IMG/VR virus record: IMGVR_UViG_3300036766_002181
Location: 1 to 64,000 of that record
Strand: one strand, 5' to 3'
Length of the DNA: 64,000 nt
Shown here piece by piece: positions 35,201 to 43,957 of this stretch. The position numbers were made by a program, and so were the translations under genes. Position 1 is the first letter of the stretch. Every line of letters starts with the position of its first letter. The notes under the pieces were generated by a model. The model ran no database searches and had not been told where the DNA came from. It saw only the letters and a list, made by a program, of their open reading frames with translations.

Positions 35201-35934
35201 TAGGTTGTATCTATGCCGGATGCGCTTTTATCACTTTTTCTATCAGAATCAATCAGGTCTAAAAGCTGAAAAGAGTAATTTTCACTTATGTTTTTAAAAT
35301 CTGTTAAAAGCTGTAAAAGAATTTTGCTATCTGTAAAAAGATTATATTGGGCCTCTGTGTAACCCATATATCTGATGAAAACGTCTTTTAGTGACAGATG
35401 GTTTGTTTTATCGCTTCTGCCGGCGGGGATATTCTTAATATTGAAAAATGAATTAATTTCACCAATATTGAATAGGGCGTTTTCATAAAAGCCAACCGTG
35501 CTAGAAGCCTCATCTAAAGACTTTGCAAAATTCTTTCTTATATGCTCAAACTCGGCCAAGGCCTGTCCCCTGTCTTCGGCCGCTTCTAATATATTTTTAA
35601 AGACAGTAGTAAGGGTTTCTTGTCTAATCAAAGAAGCCTGATGGGAAACTTCTATAAATTTTCCAGTAGAAGTGAAATCCTTTCTTTTTGGATCACCTGA
35701 AAAAATTGGACTAAAGCCTGTTATTGCAATAATCTCTGGTCTTGAAATGGATATGTCTGATATGGGCTCTGGTTGAAAATTTTTGTTTATTAATTCGTTG
35801 GTGGTCAGATCTAAAACATCATCAGAGTAAGCTGGGGTCTTTGCTTTCTTTTTTTTGTTTTGTTTTAATCTAAAGGCAGTCTTTTGAAGAGACTCTGTTA
35901 TGTCTTTAAGACCTGGAATCGTGATCAATGGCAT
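32203..35934 (-). CDS. Large hypothetical protein (1243 aa), probably structural
   Basis: Uninterrupted long ORF in the baseplate/tail block; no recognised motif. Confidence 0.8.
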   Translation of the reverse strand: MPLITIPGLKDITESLQKTAFRLKQNKKKKAKTPAYSDDVLDLTTNELINKNFQPEPISDISISRPEIIAITGFSPIFSGDPKRKDFTSTGKFIEVSHQASLIRQETLTTVFKNILEAAEDRGQALAEFEHIRKNFAKSLDEASSTVGFYENALFNIGEINSFFNIKNIPAGRSDKTNHLSLKDVFIRYMGYTEAQYNLFTDSKILLQLLTDFKNISENYSFQLLDLIDSDRKSDKSASGIDTTYTLRDGFTFKVDKIRSTQAPKNALQRDFFNSFQNSLPGNAKNRLKLLFNLIGKEYKISNALGTKDTIGFLQDNFDIQDAFGTPFDNLIGVIGNSIFIPVKGENSFARLIHQPIVGGIPNIPDAQNRSFNLTVLPFESKHIDDTVNDKNGRRIFIPGKSYYINTIFDLSTVGTQQQGNRQDFNTGPLVQYVNSFSDSFTKLDSAYEFFSLSKGKNAKMHSLDSDLLYFRTMSSLFKTTVSSVLDNNKSVSIKNINKTKIKKMEAEQVLAAALLKLANKDLELKSLLFQYCLLVGITLNSDGDNNVWSDLVKELKSLEEFPAIKTFVRQVGGDLSEVFSPIFGKNPARIVKPVISQVIDAIDLRVKILLLPDKNAKKIIDDAKNGPLSSLRQVVQGELVQHFIPDSLIKTVLTKIVNGTLTDTKTNLIEEYILFVNKISNLASSSGERNYLLNDDSGRTRFNLLSTSTQLLIMFEIFTSLTKAFTFSEFHTEKGNITIKTNIKNTELVDSAIDEMIGSISWVDELDNGKDDNNKKSKKEEREVIVGHINRTPEKTIASIGDNAAQKSIVEDLVSIAKKLSEERHIVENILFSLSKIKEGLMQAKSKALNAYNPNTLQAFLEDQHTINDLRILKNESQIRNSQVALRDVRWKVANTLNRSALDISSKEIKKENIFITNAVHAKVKKALYTLLMEPKYQTANEAETRVKVLSVGLPTGFSRNLLDRVSLSEAEKNQTNAFNQKETDVITINVYRKNLAYEGINFKPRKYIFDLSLYQLESEMVKNLDAEEDWNDILKQDVLVDYANSNNPIKYTKSQLVSQEKYAFLASSEKQHLFSNHVVSFLLENYIRLSTGMKINEETFIVNEETRITRATDPRLDRLLISYIRKILKENIPGNQALEEILASPNTKQSIKDLIFDFKSGNVIFAPNYLKDKILSPKIFDRVFHIPLDVDGFEINQSTTDAYTYRDVLETRKIDGAVFFKPRTDRNILFEQFFITIENRK

Positions 35935-35939
35935 GGCTT

Positions 35940-38417
35940 TTAGATAACTATCGGGGCAGCAGCTTCTTCGGGCCCTCTATTAAAATCATAAAATACTGGT
36001 ATTACGACGTACTTTAATTGGCCATGTTCACCATTGTCCAAAGTGTCAATAAACTTAAACTCGTTTGTTTCGCCTATGGCATGTGTTTTGCCAACAATCG
36101 TTCTCATTCCATTTATTTCCAAAAGAATCAAAAAATGATCAATTTTAGTAGAATTCCCTATAACCTTCCATTTGATAAGAATTGATTTTTCATTTAAGGA
36201 TCTGGCCCTTACTTCGCCTAGAACAGGAATGGATTTATTGAACTTAACATCCAGATATTTGATATCAGAAACCGCTCCCATTGTAAAAATAGAATTGGCG
36301 TGATTTCTCAATAGAGATTCATCTGACACAATGTTTCCTTCAGAAAGCGTAATTGGATGAAGAAACTTAGATGGTTTTAGTGTATAGGTTTGATTAAGAC
36401 CAGCTTGTACTTCTCTGGTTACAGTCGAAATCATCGACTCCGCAGTTCTGGCATAGGCGGTAATTGCGTATTTATAAGACGAGCCCGATCTCAGAGAAAG
36501 AACATTTTTTACAGCTCCCAAAGTCTTATCTGAAAAGCTCGTTCCATCTATTACTCCAAAATCTTCTATATCGCCAGACAACAGGTTAAACCTAAGAACT
36601 CTTATAAAGAATAGACTCTGTAGAAGCTCCTTGTTGTCTTTTATGTCGTCATCGTATTCCGTAATACCCTGAGAGGCTAAAACAGACTTAACAATATCCA
36701 AATCCCCAAGGGCAACGTTCTTAACAATATCAAAGGTTACATCTGGATTTTCTGAACCATTTTCATTTATTATCAGATTTTTAATCTCAATAGAGACGAC
36801 ATTTTTTATTATAGGAGTATATTCCACATGCAAGACGTTTCCGGCCGAGGACTTCGAGCCGTCTGCATATAAAAGCTCGCACCTATACTCGTAAATTCTT
36901 CTGGGTTTAACCAGGGTATCCACCACCTCCAAGGGCCGCTCTGTTGCAGATTTTAACAGAATTGTCTTTCCGCCAATTAGATCAAAACTCGATTGCCCAA
37001 TTGTCAAGTCTCTTTTTAAGATATCTAAACCAATTGGTCCATTTGGAAGATTATCAACAAATAGAACAACTCCATTTTCTCTAATTTCGTAAGATAGAGT
37101 CAAATAGCTTTGTCTTTTTAGATAGTTTCCACCAAGGGCCAATTTTTTATTGTTTCCACCAGAGATAACTGTTCCAGAAAAACATCCACCAAGCTCTCCA
37201 TCGGTTCCGACAGGAATGACCCTATAGAGCGTAGAGATGGCACTTGAGCCAAAATCTTCATATCTTGTTTCAGGATCTCCTGCCGAGGCATTAAGGGAGG
37301 CTACAAACTCATAGGGTGTGTCTAAAGAAAAAACACCTGATTTAATCTTCTTTCTATAAAGATCTAGCTTATGGGCATTTAAGTCTTCTTGCTTTAATTT
37401 GATTATATTTTTTCCAAACTCAGCAAAGGAAGCGCCTGAAATTCTTGGTGGCCTATTTGGTATTTTAAAGGCAGAAGAAATTTCTGCATGATTAACCAGC
37501 AGCTTTAAAATCTGAACCGTAAGACCTTGAAGATTCTTAAGCCTTAATTCTATATCAAAAACCGTTTGTCCTCTAAGCGTATCAACAGGAATTAGCAAGT
37601 CTTCGGATATTTCTATGAAAAGAGTCTGCTCTTTTACCGGAGCATTAATATAATGGATTGATTCATTTAAGTCTTGTTGACTCGTTGGTGCCTTCCCCGT
37701 CAGAAGAGATTTTCTTAGCACAACAGAATACTTGTCTTCTCGATCGGGTGTTGGTGCCCCTGATATGACTCCTGCAAATTGTTTCTTGGCAGGGACAATT
37801 GTATTACTTAAACTCCCGACAAATTCGCCAGGATCTATTCCTTCTAAAAACAAAAGATCCAAGGCAGCCTTTTGTAGGTCTTTGTCATCAGAACTTACTT
37901 CGTTTTCTTGTATTTTGTTATTGTTGATTTCAAAAACAGAGGCCACTCCATCTATTTCATTTATAGGCACGGCCTTAACGGTTATGGTTGTATTTGTTCC
38001 GGCGAGACTGGCCACGGAAGAATTAAATCCAGACTGTCTTGCCAGAGTCGAGGCCGCTTCATTCGAAATCTTTTTGGTTATATCGGAATTCTTTCTAAGA
38101 ATTAAATCATTTTCTTTTTTGTTTATTATGGCCTGTTCATTTTTTGCTCTATTAAGAATGTTTTCAACGACTTGCTCAGGTTGCTGTGAGGCTTCTTTAT
38201 CAAATATCTTGGCTTCTGTTTCTCTTGAGTTGCTCTTGAACACGGCAATTTCAACTTGTGTTCCGCCAAGATTTTTATCAAATATTTTTGCCAAGTTAGC
38301 CAAATACTTTAATCGATAATGAAATCTATGGCCTTTATTATCAATAAAAGATAGGCCAATAAAATTGGCCGGATCAACACTAATGGCATCTGAAGTTTTT
38401 GCCAAAACAACCTTCAT
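35940..38417 (-). CDS. Structural protein with Fn3/Ig-like domains
   Basis: YRVIPV, IYEYRCELLY, SYKYAITAY, LKYVVIPV strand patterns. Confidence 0.7.
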   Translation of the reverse strand: MKVVLAKTSDAISVDPANFIGLSFIDNKGHRFHYRLKYLANLAKIFDKNLGGTQVEIAVFKSNSRETEAKIFDKEASQQPEQVVENILNRAKNEQAIINKKENDLILRKNSDITKKISNEAASTLARQSGFNSSVASLAGTNTTITVKAVPINEIDGVASVFEINNNKIQENEVSSDDKDLQKAALDLLFLEGIDPGEFVGSLSNTIVPAKKQFAGVISGAPTPDREDKYSVVLRKSLLTGKAPTSQQDLNESIHYINAPVKEQTLFIEISEDLLIPVDTLRGQTVFDIELRLKNLQGLTVQILKLLVNHAEISSAFKIPNRPPRISGASFAEFGKNIIKLKQEDLNAHKLDLYRKKIKSGVFSLDTPYEFVASLNASAGDPETRYEDFGSSAISTLYRVIPVGTDGELGGCFSGTVISGGNNKKLALGGNYLKRQSYLTLSYEIRENGVVLFVDNLPNGPIGLDILKRDLTIGQSSFDLIGGKTILLKSATERPLEVVDTLVKPRRIYEYRCELLYADGSKSSAGNVLHVEYTPIIKNVVSIEIKNLIINENGSENPDVTFDIVKNVALGDLDIVKSVLASQGITEYDDDIKDNKELLQSLFFIRVLRFNLLSGDIEDFGVIDGTSFSDKTLGAVKNVLSLRSGSSYKYAITAYARTAESMISTVTREVQAGLNQTYTLKPSKFLHPITLSEGNIVSDESLLRNHANSIFTMGAVSDIKYLDVKFNKSIPVLGEVRARSLNEKSILIKWKVIGNSTKIDHFLILLEINGMRTIVGKTHAIGETNEFKFIDTLDNGEHGQLKYVVIPVFYDFNRGPEEAAAPIVI

Positions 38418-39361
38418 GTGCCCGTTCCATTTTCAAAAATCAAAGTAAACATGTTAACGAACGTTGGCTGGCTAAAGCCGTCTACAAAAACCTTGCCAAC
38501 AAAAAAGATATGTTTGGTAAATCCTGTTTTCTTTTCTGTAAAGTTGCCAAAATCTATAACATCTAGCTTTTTCAACGAATCATCTGCCTTCTCAAAAAAC
38601 TGACACATAACATTGTTTTGATTAGAGGTTTCTGTAAAAAGTACAGTTTTGGATTCGAACAGACTCAATTCTTTTTCGAGGTCTTCTAAGTTTTGAATTG
38701 GGGCCTGATTAAAGTTCACGTAGTTCCCAAGTTGAGTTCGCTCGGTTGCTCCGGCTTTTGCCCTGTTCACTGGTGGCAAGAACTTAAAGTTTGGAATGTG
38801 GCCTAATCTCTTATCCTGATAAAAGCTTTCAATATGATCAATTTTTGCCGTGCTTATTTCTTTCTTAGACAGTGGTTTATTATCATTAGTTGTAAATTCT
38901 ATTTCAGATCGATCCAGAATAAACTCTCTTGACTTATTATCAATTGGATCTGGGCTTTTTAAGATATACTGATTTTTAAAGGCATCTATAGAGTTGCTTA
39001 AAATTGTACCAGCAAGACTATTAAACTGAGAAGAAAGCATGGCGTTGCCTTCTGCATCAAATATCTTTCCATTTAAAACAACAATGTTTTGTGAATTTGT
39101 TCCACCAAAAAAGCCAACAAGCTTTCCGCTATCGTCTGCCTTAAAGGTAATTTGATCTTGCGGCAGATTGCCAGCCTCTAGCATGATTCGATATGTTGAA
39201 TCCAACCCGCCAGAAATAATGGTATCTTCATTATAAATCATTCCAAGGTCTGAAAATGAATAATAGGCAGCCTTAAGCTTTCCCTTTGAAAGCTGGCTTC
39301 TACCCTCTTGTGTAAGAATGGTGTCAAATATACGTGATTTAGATGAAAGTATGCCACTCAT
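38414..39361 (-). CDS. Structural protein, N-terminal paralog of 29492..30205
   Basis: DTILTQEGRSQLS versus DCVLTDKGRQLLA. Confidence 0.7.
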   Translation of the reverse strand: MSGILSSKSRIFDTILTQEGRSQLSKGKLKAAYYSFSDLGMIYNEDTIISGGLDSTYRIMLEAGNLPQDQITFKADDSGKLVGFFGGTNSQNIVVLNGKIFDAEGNAMLSSQFNSLAGTILSNSIDAFKNQYILKSPDPIDNKSREFILDRSEIEFTTNDNKPLSKKEISTAKIDHIESFYQDKRLGHIPNFKFLPPVNRAKAGATERTQLGNYVNFNQAPIQNLEDLEKELSLFESKTVLFTETSNQNNVMCQFFEKADDSLKKLDVIDFGNFTEKKTGFTKHIFFVGKVFVDGFSQPTFVNMFTLIFENGTGT

Positions 39362-39367
39362 ATTATT

Positions 39368-40996
39368 TTAGTCTTCATTTGTCCTATCGTTAAACGGCTT
39401 GCCAGATTTGCCTTCAAAGTCATAAATACCAGAATCATTAACGTTTAATAGATAGTTGGAGGCCGTTACGTGGGCCTGTGTGCCAGAGACGAAGGTTATA
39501 CTCACTGGTGTATAAGATCCGGCAGGTTCATTTAAATTTGGCTTTTCTATGTAAAATTTAGAAATTGGTCGCTGCTCAAGCATGTCTCTGAATTGACCAA
39601 ATTTAGATCTTCTCCAACAACAGAAGGAATAAGATGGATCGGCGTGGTAAACGCCATATTTCCATCCACTTGTTCTCAAAAAGAAATTATTAAAATCTAT
39701 AACCGCATATTGACTAACCGTGGCAGTAATCTTGTCGTCAACAGAAGAAAATAGTTCTACTCCACCATCTGGTGCAAAGCCATTACATGTAGGATGGACG
39801 GGAAATTTTCCACCATTTAATAATTGATTTTCTGGGAAAAATCTACCAAAACCATTATGCTTTAATTTTCTTGTTACGTTTGCAAACTCGCTTCCAGTAA
39901 AACCGGCAGAGGAACTTGGCGTTGTTCCTTCGGTTATGGAATCTCCTGGCAAGCCTGTTGACCATGGCGCAACCCCTTCCCCGTCAATACTAAGCATATA
40001 GGGGGGCGAGGCTCCTAGCTCTTTATAAAATCCATAAAATCCTTTATAAATAAAAGAAATATCTGGATAAAGATTGTTGTATATTGGTTTAAAAATACCA
40101 TTAGATGCAGAGGTTGGTGTTTTTAATAATGTTATATGTCTTTTGCGATTTGGCCATGGTTCCTTTATTCCTTTTGTGGCAAAGCAATATTGCAAGGTAT
40201 ACATTGAAGACTTAAAAGGAGAAGGATGATTAATACAAGACAGATCTAATCCACCAGAGGTTACAAACGCTACGCCTTCTGAGCCAGTTAAACTTTGAGA
40301 TAGGGCAATTATATATTTTTTATCAAACGAGGGCTTAAACAGCGGCGAAAGATGCCTATATTTTGATTCAAAGGGGAACGAATATGCCCAAACATCATCG
40401 GAAACTGCCAGGCCATCATCGCTGCTTGTTAGCGAACATTCGTGGCTGCCAAGCGTTAGGTTAAACATTCTTGGTTGCCTTTCAACTGCGCCAGATACAG
40501 GCGTTACTTCAAAAAATGAACCAACAAAGCTAAGCTGTTGCCCGTTTGGATATAAAAATTCGCCTATGCCTTCAGAAAACCTGGCTCCATTAACTCTCGA
40601 AATATCGGGCGGGCGAGGCAAAACCGTATCTGCAAACCTTTCTGTTGGGGAGAAAAGTTTTAATAATAAATTTTTAGAGGGTGAGGGTATGTTTTCTGGC
40701 AGCAGTATATGACTTCCTATAACTTCTGCAAAAACATTTACATTATTTATCGCATCTCTATAATTTATATCCGTTAATCCAATATGCAACCCCCTTCCAA
40801 ACAAAGGAGCCAAGTAGGTTAATGAGCCAAGCTTAAAGCCATTTTTAAAACTAGAAGTGACAGCAGGACTTGCATTGGACATAAAAATATTTCGGGTACC
40901 ATCAAAAATGCTTCCTGGCGTGAAAATGCCATCTGTATAAGAGCCCGAGTAATTATCTAAAGCTTCTACTTCAAATTGATCTGAAACATAAACCAT
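39368..40996 (-). CDS. Hypothetical structural protein
   Basis: 542-aa ORF in the structural block; Ser/Gly-rich. Confidence 0.75.
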   Translation of the reverse strand: MVYVSDQFEVEALDNYSGSYTDGIFTPGSIFDGTRNIFMSNASPAVTSSFKNGFKLGSLTYLAPLFGRGLHIGLTDINYRDAINNVNVFAEVIGSHILLPENIPSPSKNLLLKLFSPTERFADTVLPRPPDISRVNGARFSEGIGEFLYPNGQQLSFVGSFFEVTPVSGAVERQPRMFNLTLGSHECSLTSSDDGLAVSDDVWAYSFPFESKYRHLSPLFKPSFDKKYIIALSQSLTGSEGVAFVTSGGLDLSCINHPSPFKSSMYTLQYCFATKGIKEPWPNRKRHITLLKTPTSASNGIFKPIYNNLYPDISFIYKGFYGFYKELGASPPYMLSIDGEGVAPWSTGLPGDSITEGTTPSSSAGFTGSEFANVTRKLKHNGFGRFFPENQLLNGGKFPVHPTCNGFAPDGGVELFSSVDDKITATVSQYAVIDFNNFFLRTSGWKYGVYHADPSYSFCCWRRSKFGQFRDMLEQRPISKFYIEKPNLNEPAGSYTPVSITFVSGTQAHVTASNYLLNVNDSGIYDFEGKSGKPFNDRTNED

Positions 40997-40999
40997 AAA

Positions 41000-43009
41000 C
41001 TAGGTCTCGTCCTCTTCAGAAATGCTTCTGTTTGTAATAGAATCAGCGCCCTCAATTGCTTCGCCAACATTAATGCTCGTTAGCAATTGATTTAGAGTAT
41101 CGTGTTTTTCTTTCCCCTCTACTAAAATAGAGCCATAAAGTGTAAGTCTGGCAGGGGCAGCAGGAAAACTAAGCTCTGGTCCTTTTCCGGCATACACATT
41201 TTCAGAACCACTATTAACAAAGATCATAGAATCCAAACCCAAGTCTAATGGCACCTGCCACCCAAGAATCAAATTGTCTGTTGGTAATAGCAAATAGGGA
41301 TTATCTTTTGAATGACTTATTGGCAATACAAAAGTATCTCCAGGAACAAGGGCATTGTCTATACTTGAACTGATCCCAGGATTTCCATATGGATTAACAT
41401 AGTTTCTGCCATTTGAAATATCAAAGCCATTTCTTCCAAATGCATTTATTTTTGTTTTAACAAAAGTACGAACACCGGAAGTTAGGACGCCGGCTGGATC
41501 TGTATTTCCTCCAGCGGCCACATGAAACATGCTATAGTTGTCAACTCCATAAAGAGACTTTGCCGTAGCGGCCATAGTAAAATTGCCACGCCATATAGAC
41601 TCATTTGGCATCAGGGCTTCATCGACAACGACAAACCCCTCTCTACCAACCATTGTTTCTTTAAGATATTCGAAGACAAGCTCTGGCTGATAATCAAATA
41701 TACTAGTGTATGCCGGCCTTATTTCTGTAAATAAATTTATTGCAGCAATTTGCATATAGGTTAAAAGATCTCGACTATCTGACTTTCTCAAAGAACTACT
41801 TGGGATACTAAAACCAACATTATAATCAAAAAGAGTTGGCCCGTCAGTTTGAGAAGAGTGGTCTTCTATTGCCGAAACTGTCTGTTTAATTTCTCTGTTA
41901 AATGGGCCTCTTTGATTAAGAATAAAAAAAGTTGCTATATTTGTAAGAGTGCCATATTCGGGAGGTCTATTGCTGATAGATTGATTTAGGTTACATCCAC
42001 AGCTAACTTCAAGAACTGCCTTCTCAAAAAGAAAGGGTCTATCAATTAGGTCGCACATTGAAATCATATTTGAAGAAGAGGCATGAAACTTTTCGTGATA
42101 AGGAAAACCAAAAGTCGTTGTTGGTCTGGCAAATTGAGTTATGTTGTATCTTGTTGAATCAAATTCCAAAAGCTCAAAGCTGGCTCCTGCATCCATAGAT
42201 TTGCCAAAACCAATTGGCAGGTTATCCAGCATTGCCCTTAAAACCTTTTCTCTTTTTGGGGTGCCACCTGAGCCAAAAATTGTTTGATAATAATCGCCAA
42301 AGTTTATCCCGGACCCAACTCCTTCAAATCTCTTGGTTTCTTTGTTCCAATATGCCATTGGATAGTTTTGGTTGTCTGTTGGTGTGCCTTCATCTCCATA
42401 AACATAAAAAGAATGGGCCTCTGCTGGCGTTAGGTCGATTTCTATTTTTGTTTTTGCCCAAACTGGTTCATCTAAAAACTCGCCAAATTCTTCTGGCCTG
42501 CTTCCTGTTGCAAAAAATCTTGTAAGCTTATTTTTTTGTACGGCCTCAAGATGAGGAAACATTGTAAAAATATTTGTTAGGTCCAATGTGGGCTCTTCTA
42601 CGATCTCTCTGCTCTTTCCCATTGCGGCAGGCTGATGATGATCCCTGAAGGCCCCCAGAGGCTGTCTTGGCGAGACAATGGACACGAACTCGTCTACAAC
42701 TCCCTTGACAGACCTGGCTCCCAGGGAAGAGGAAAGACCAGTTATTATGTCGGCTCCCAACTCCTGATAGGCAAGAGATGAAGTAAGTGAATTTGGCACA
42801 TTTGCCCCCAAAATCACTTGTTCATTTCCATCCTCTGCAAAAAATGGAATTGAATTTAAATCATCAAAAAAAACAGGATATTTGCCTGTTCTTCCATCTG
42901 AGGCAATTCTGCTTATTGTTGGAAGAGATCCCCCCTTATCGCCCTTTATTCCCAACAATACCCTTGGTGGCAGTCCACGGATCCTGGTTTTCTTATTTTG
43001 TCTTGGCAT
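41000..43009 (-). CDS. Hypothetical structural protein
   Basis: 669-aa ORF in the structural block. Confidence 0.75.
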   Translation of the reverse strand: MPRQNKKTRIRGLPPRVLLGIKGDKGGSLPTISRIASDGRTGKYPVFFDDLNSIPFFAEDGNEQVILGANVPNSLTSSLAYQELGADIITGLSSSLGARSVKGVVDEFVSIVSPRQPLGAFRDHHQPAAMGKSREIVEEPTLDLTNIFTMFPHLEAVQKNKLTRFFATGSRPEEFGEFLDEPVWAKTKIEIDLTPAEAHSFYVYGDEGTPTDNQNYPMAYWNKETKRFEGVGSGINFGDYYQTIFGSGGTPKREKVLRAMLDNLPIGFGKSMDAGASFELLEFDSTRYNITQFARPTTTFGFPYHEKFHASSSNMISMCDLIDRPFLFEKAVLEVSCGCNLNQSISNRPPEYGTLTNIATFFILNQRGPFNREIKQTVSAIEDHSSQTDGPTLFDYNVGFSIPSSSLRKSDSRDLLTYMQIAAINLFTEIRPAYTSIFDYQPELVFEYLKETMVGREGFVVVDEALMPNESIWRGNFTMAATAKSLYGVDNYSMFHVAAGGNTDPAGVLTSGVRTFVKTKINAFGRNGFDISNGRNYVNPYGNPGISSSIDNALVPGDTFVLPISHSKDNPYLLLPTDNLILGWQVPLDLGLDSMIFVNSGSENVYAGKGPELSFPAAPARLTLYGSILVEGKEKHDTLNQLLTSINVGEAIEGADSITNRSISEEDET

Positions 43010-43017
43010 GTTTTTGT

Positions 43018-43911
43018 TTATCCGCCACGAACAATTCCGAGATATGCCAGGCTGTCTGTTCCATATATTCTTTGATTTGGTCCATAAGAATCCCAGCCTG
43101 CCGGCATAGAGGCAATCTCGTTAATTTCTCTTATGTCTTCATCAAGATTAAAAGACAAAGAAACCCTTGCCAGACTTAATAAAGTATTGTTTGTTGTTTG
43201 AATTTTGCTTATTATTTTTTCATTTCCAAGATCATCATATGGAGGAATTGTTGATATTCCTTCATTTAAAAACCCTGGAGTTATAATATCGTTCAAAATG
43301 CTGCCGTTGCCAATATAGGAAACCCCATCATCTAAAAAGGGAACAAAGTCTCGCTTGTCTCTAAAGTTAATAAATTGACTTATTCTGTCTGAATGTCCGC
43401 CAAGAAACCTCGTGTCCTGATTTCCCTCTTCCAGGGAAGCCCTTATATCATGAGCCGACTCCAAGTCTGTGCTTCTTTCCAGGAAGGGGATACTAAGCGG
43501 CCTGACAATGGCTTCTTGAGCCTGCGAAGGACCGTCATTAAACACAATTGGAAAGTTATAATTTTCTCCAAGCTCTATAAAGGCAACGGGATTAAACTTG
43601 TCATTTTCTTCCCAGGCCATACTATTTTCAAATTCTGTAAATGAAACAGGCTGGCCATATGTTATAACCCTGGTAATTCCCTTAAGCTGCCCAGACCAAA
43701 TCTTGTATAGGCCCTTAAATCTATAAGATTGCGTTGATATTTCAACACCTTGCCTAAATTGATCAACTTCTGATGTATTAATGGCTGGATTGCCAAGGGA
43801 CAATTCACTGTCTGTGGCTGCCTTGGATAGAGAAGAGCTTTTGGAGTCATCAAAAGGAAAGAACTCTGAGCTATCTGCGGTTGAAGCCTCGTCTAGAATT
43901 GAAACGGCCAT
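43018..43911 (-). CDS. Hypothetical structural protein
   Basis: 297-aa ORF; ATATTTA motif 5 nt before its ATG. Confidence 0.75.
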   Translation of the reverse strand: MAVSILDEASTADSSEFFPFDDSKSSSLSKAATDSELSLGNPAINTSEVDQFRQGVEISTQSYRFKGLYKIWSGQLKGITRVITYGQPVSFTEFENSMAWEENDKFNPVAFIELGENYNFPIVFNDGPSQAQEAIVRPLSIPFLERSTDLESAHDIRASLEEGNQDTRFLGGHSDRISQFINFRDKRDFVPFLDDGVSYIGNGSILNDIITPGFLNEGISTIPPYDDLGNEKIISKIQTTNNTLLSLARVSLSFNLDEDIREINEIASMPAGWDSYGPNQRIYGTDSLAYLGIVRGG

Positions 43912-43916
43912 GTTGC

Positions 43917-43923
43917 TAAATAT
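43917..43923 (-). promoter_or_regulatory. Putative late-promoter motif ATATTTA(GCAA)
   Basis: TATATTTAGCAACATG directly before the start of 43018..43911. Confidence 0.5.
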
Positions 43924-43957
43924 AATTGAACAACAATATGGGAATTTGTCTTATTTG

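Noticed and set aside
37732-38319. 195-aa plus-strand ORF
   Set aside because: In-register antisense of the 825-aa structural gene; no motifs.
38651-38660. GGATTCGAAC (reverse complement of a tRNA T-loop-like GTTCGAATCC)
   Set aside because: Inside a coding gene with no acceptor, D or anticodon arms around it.
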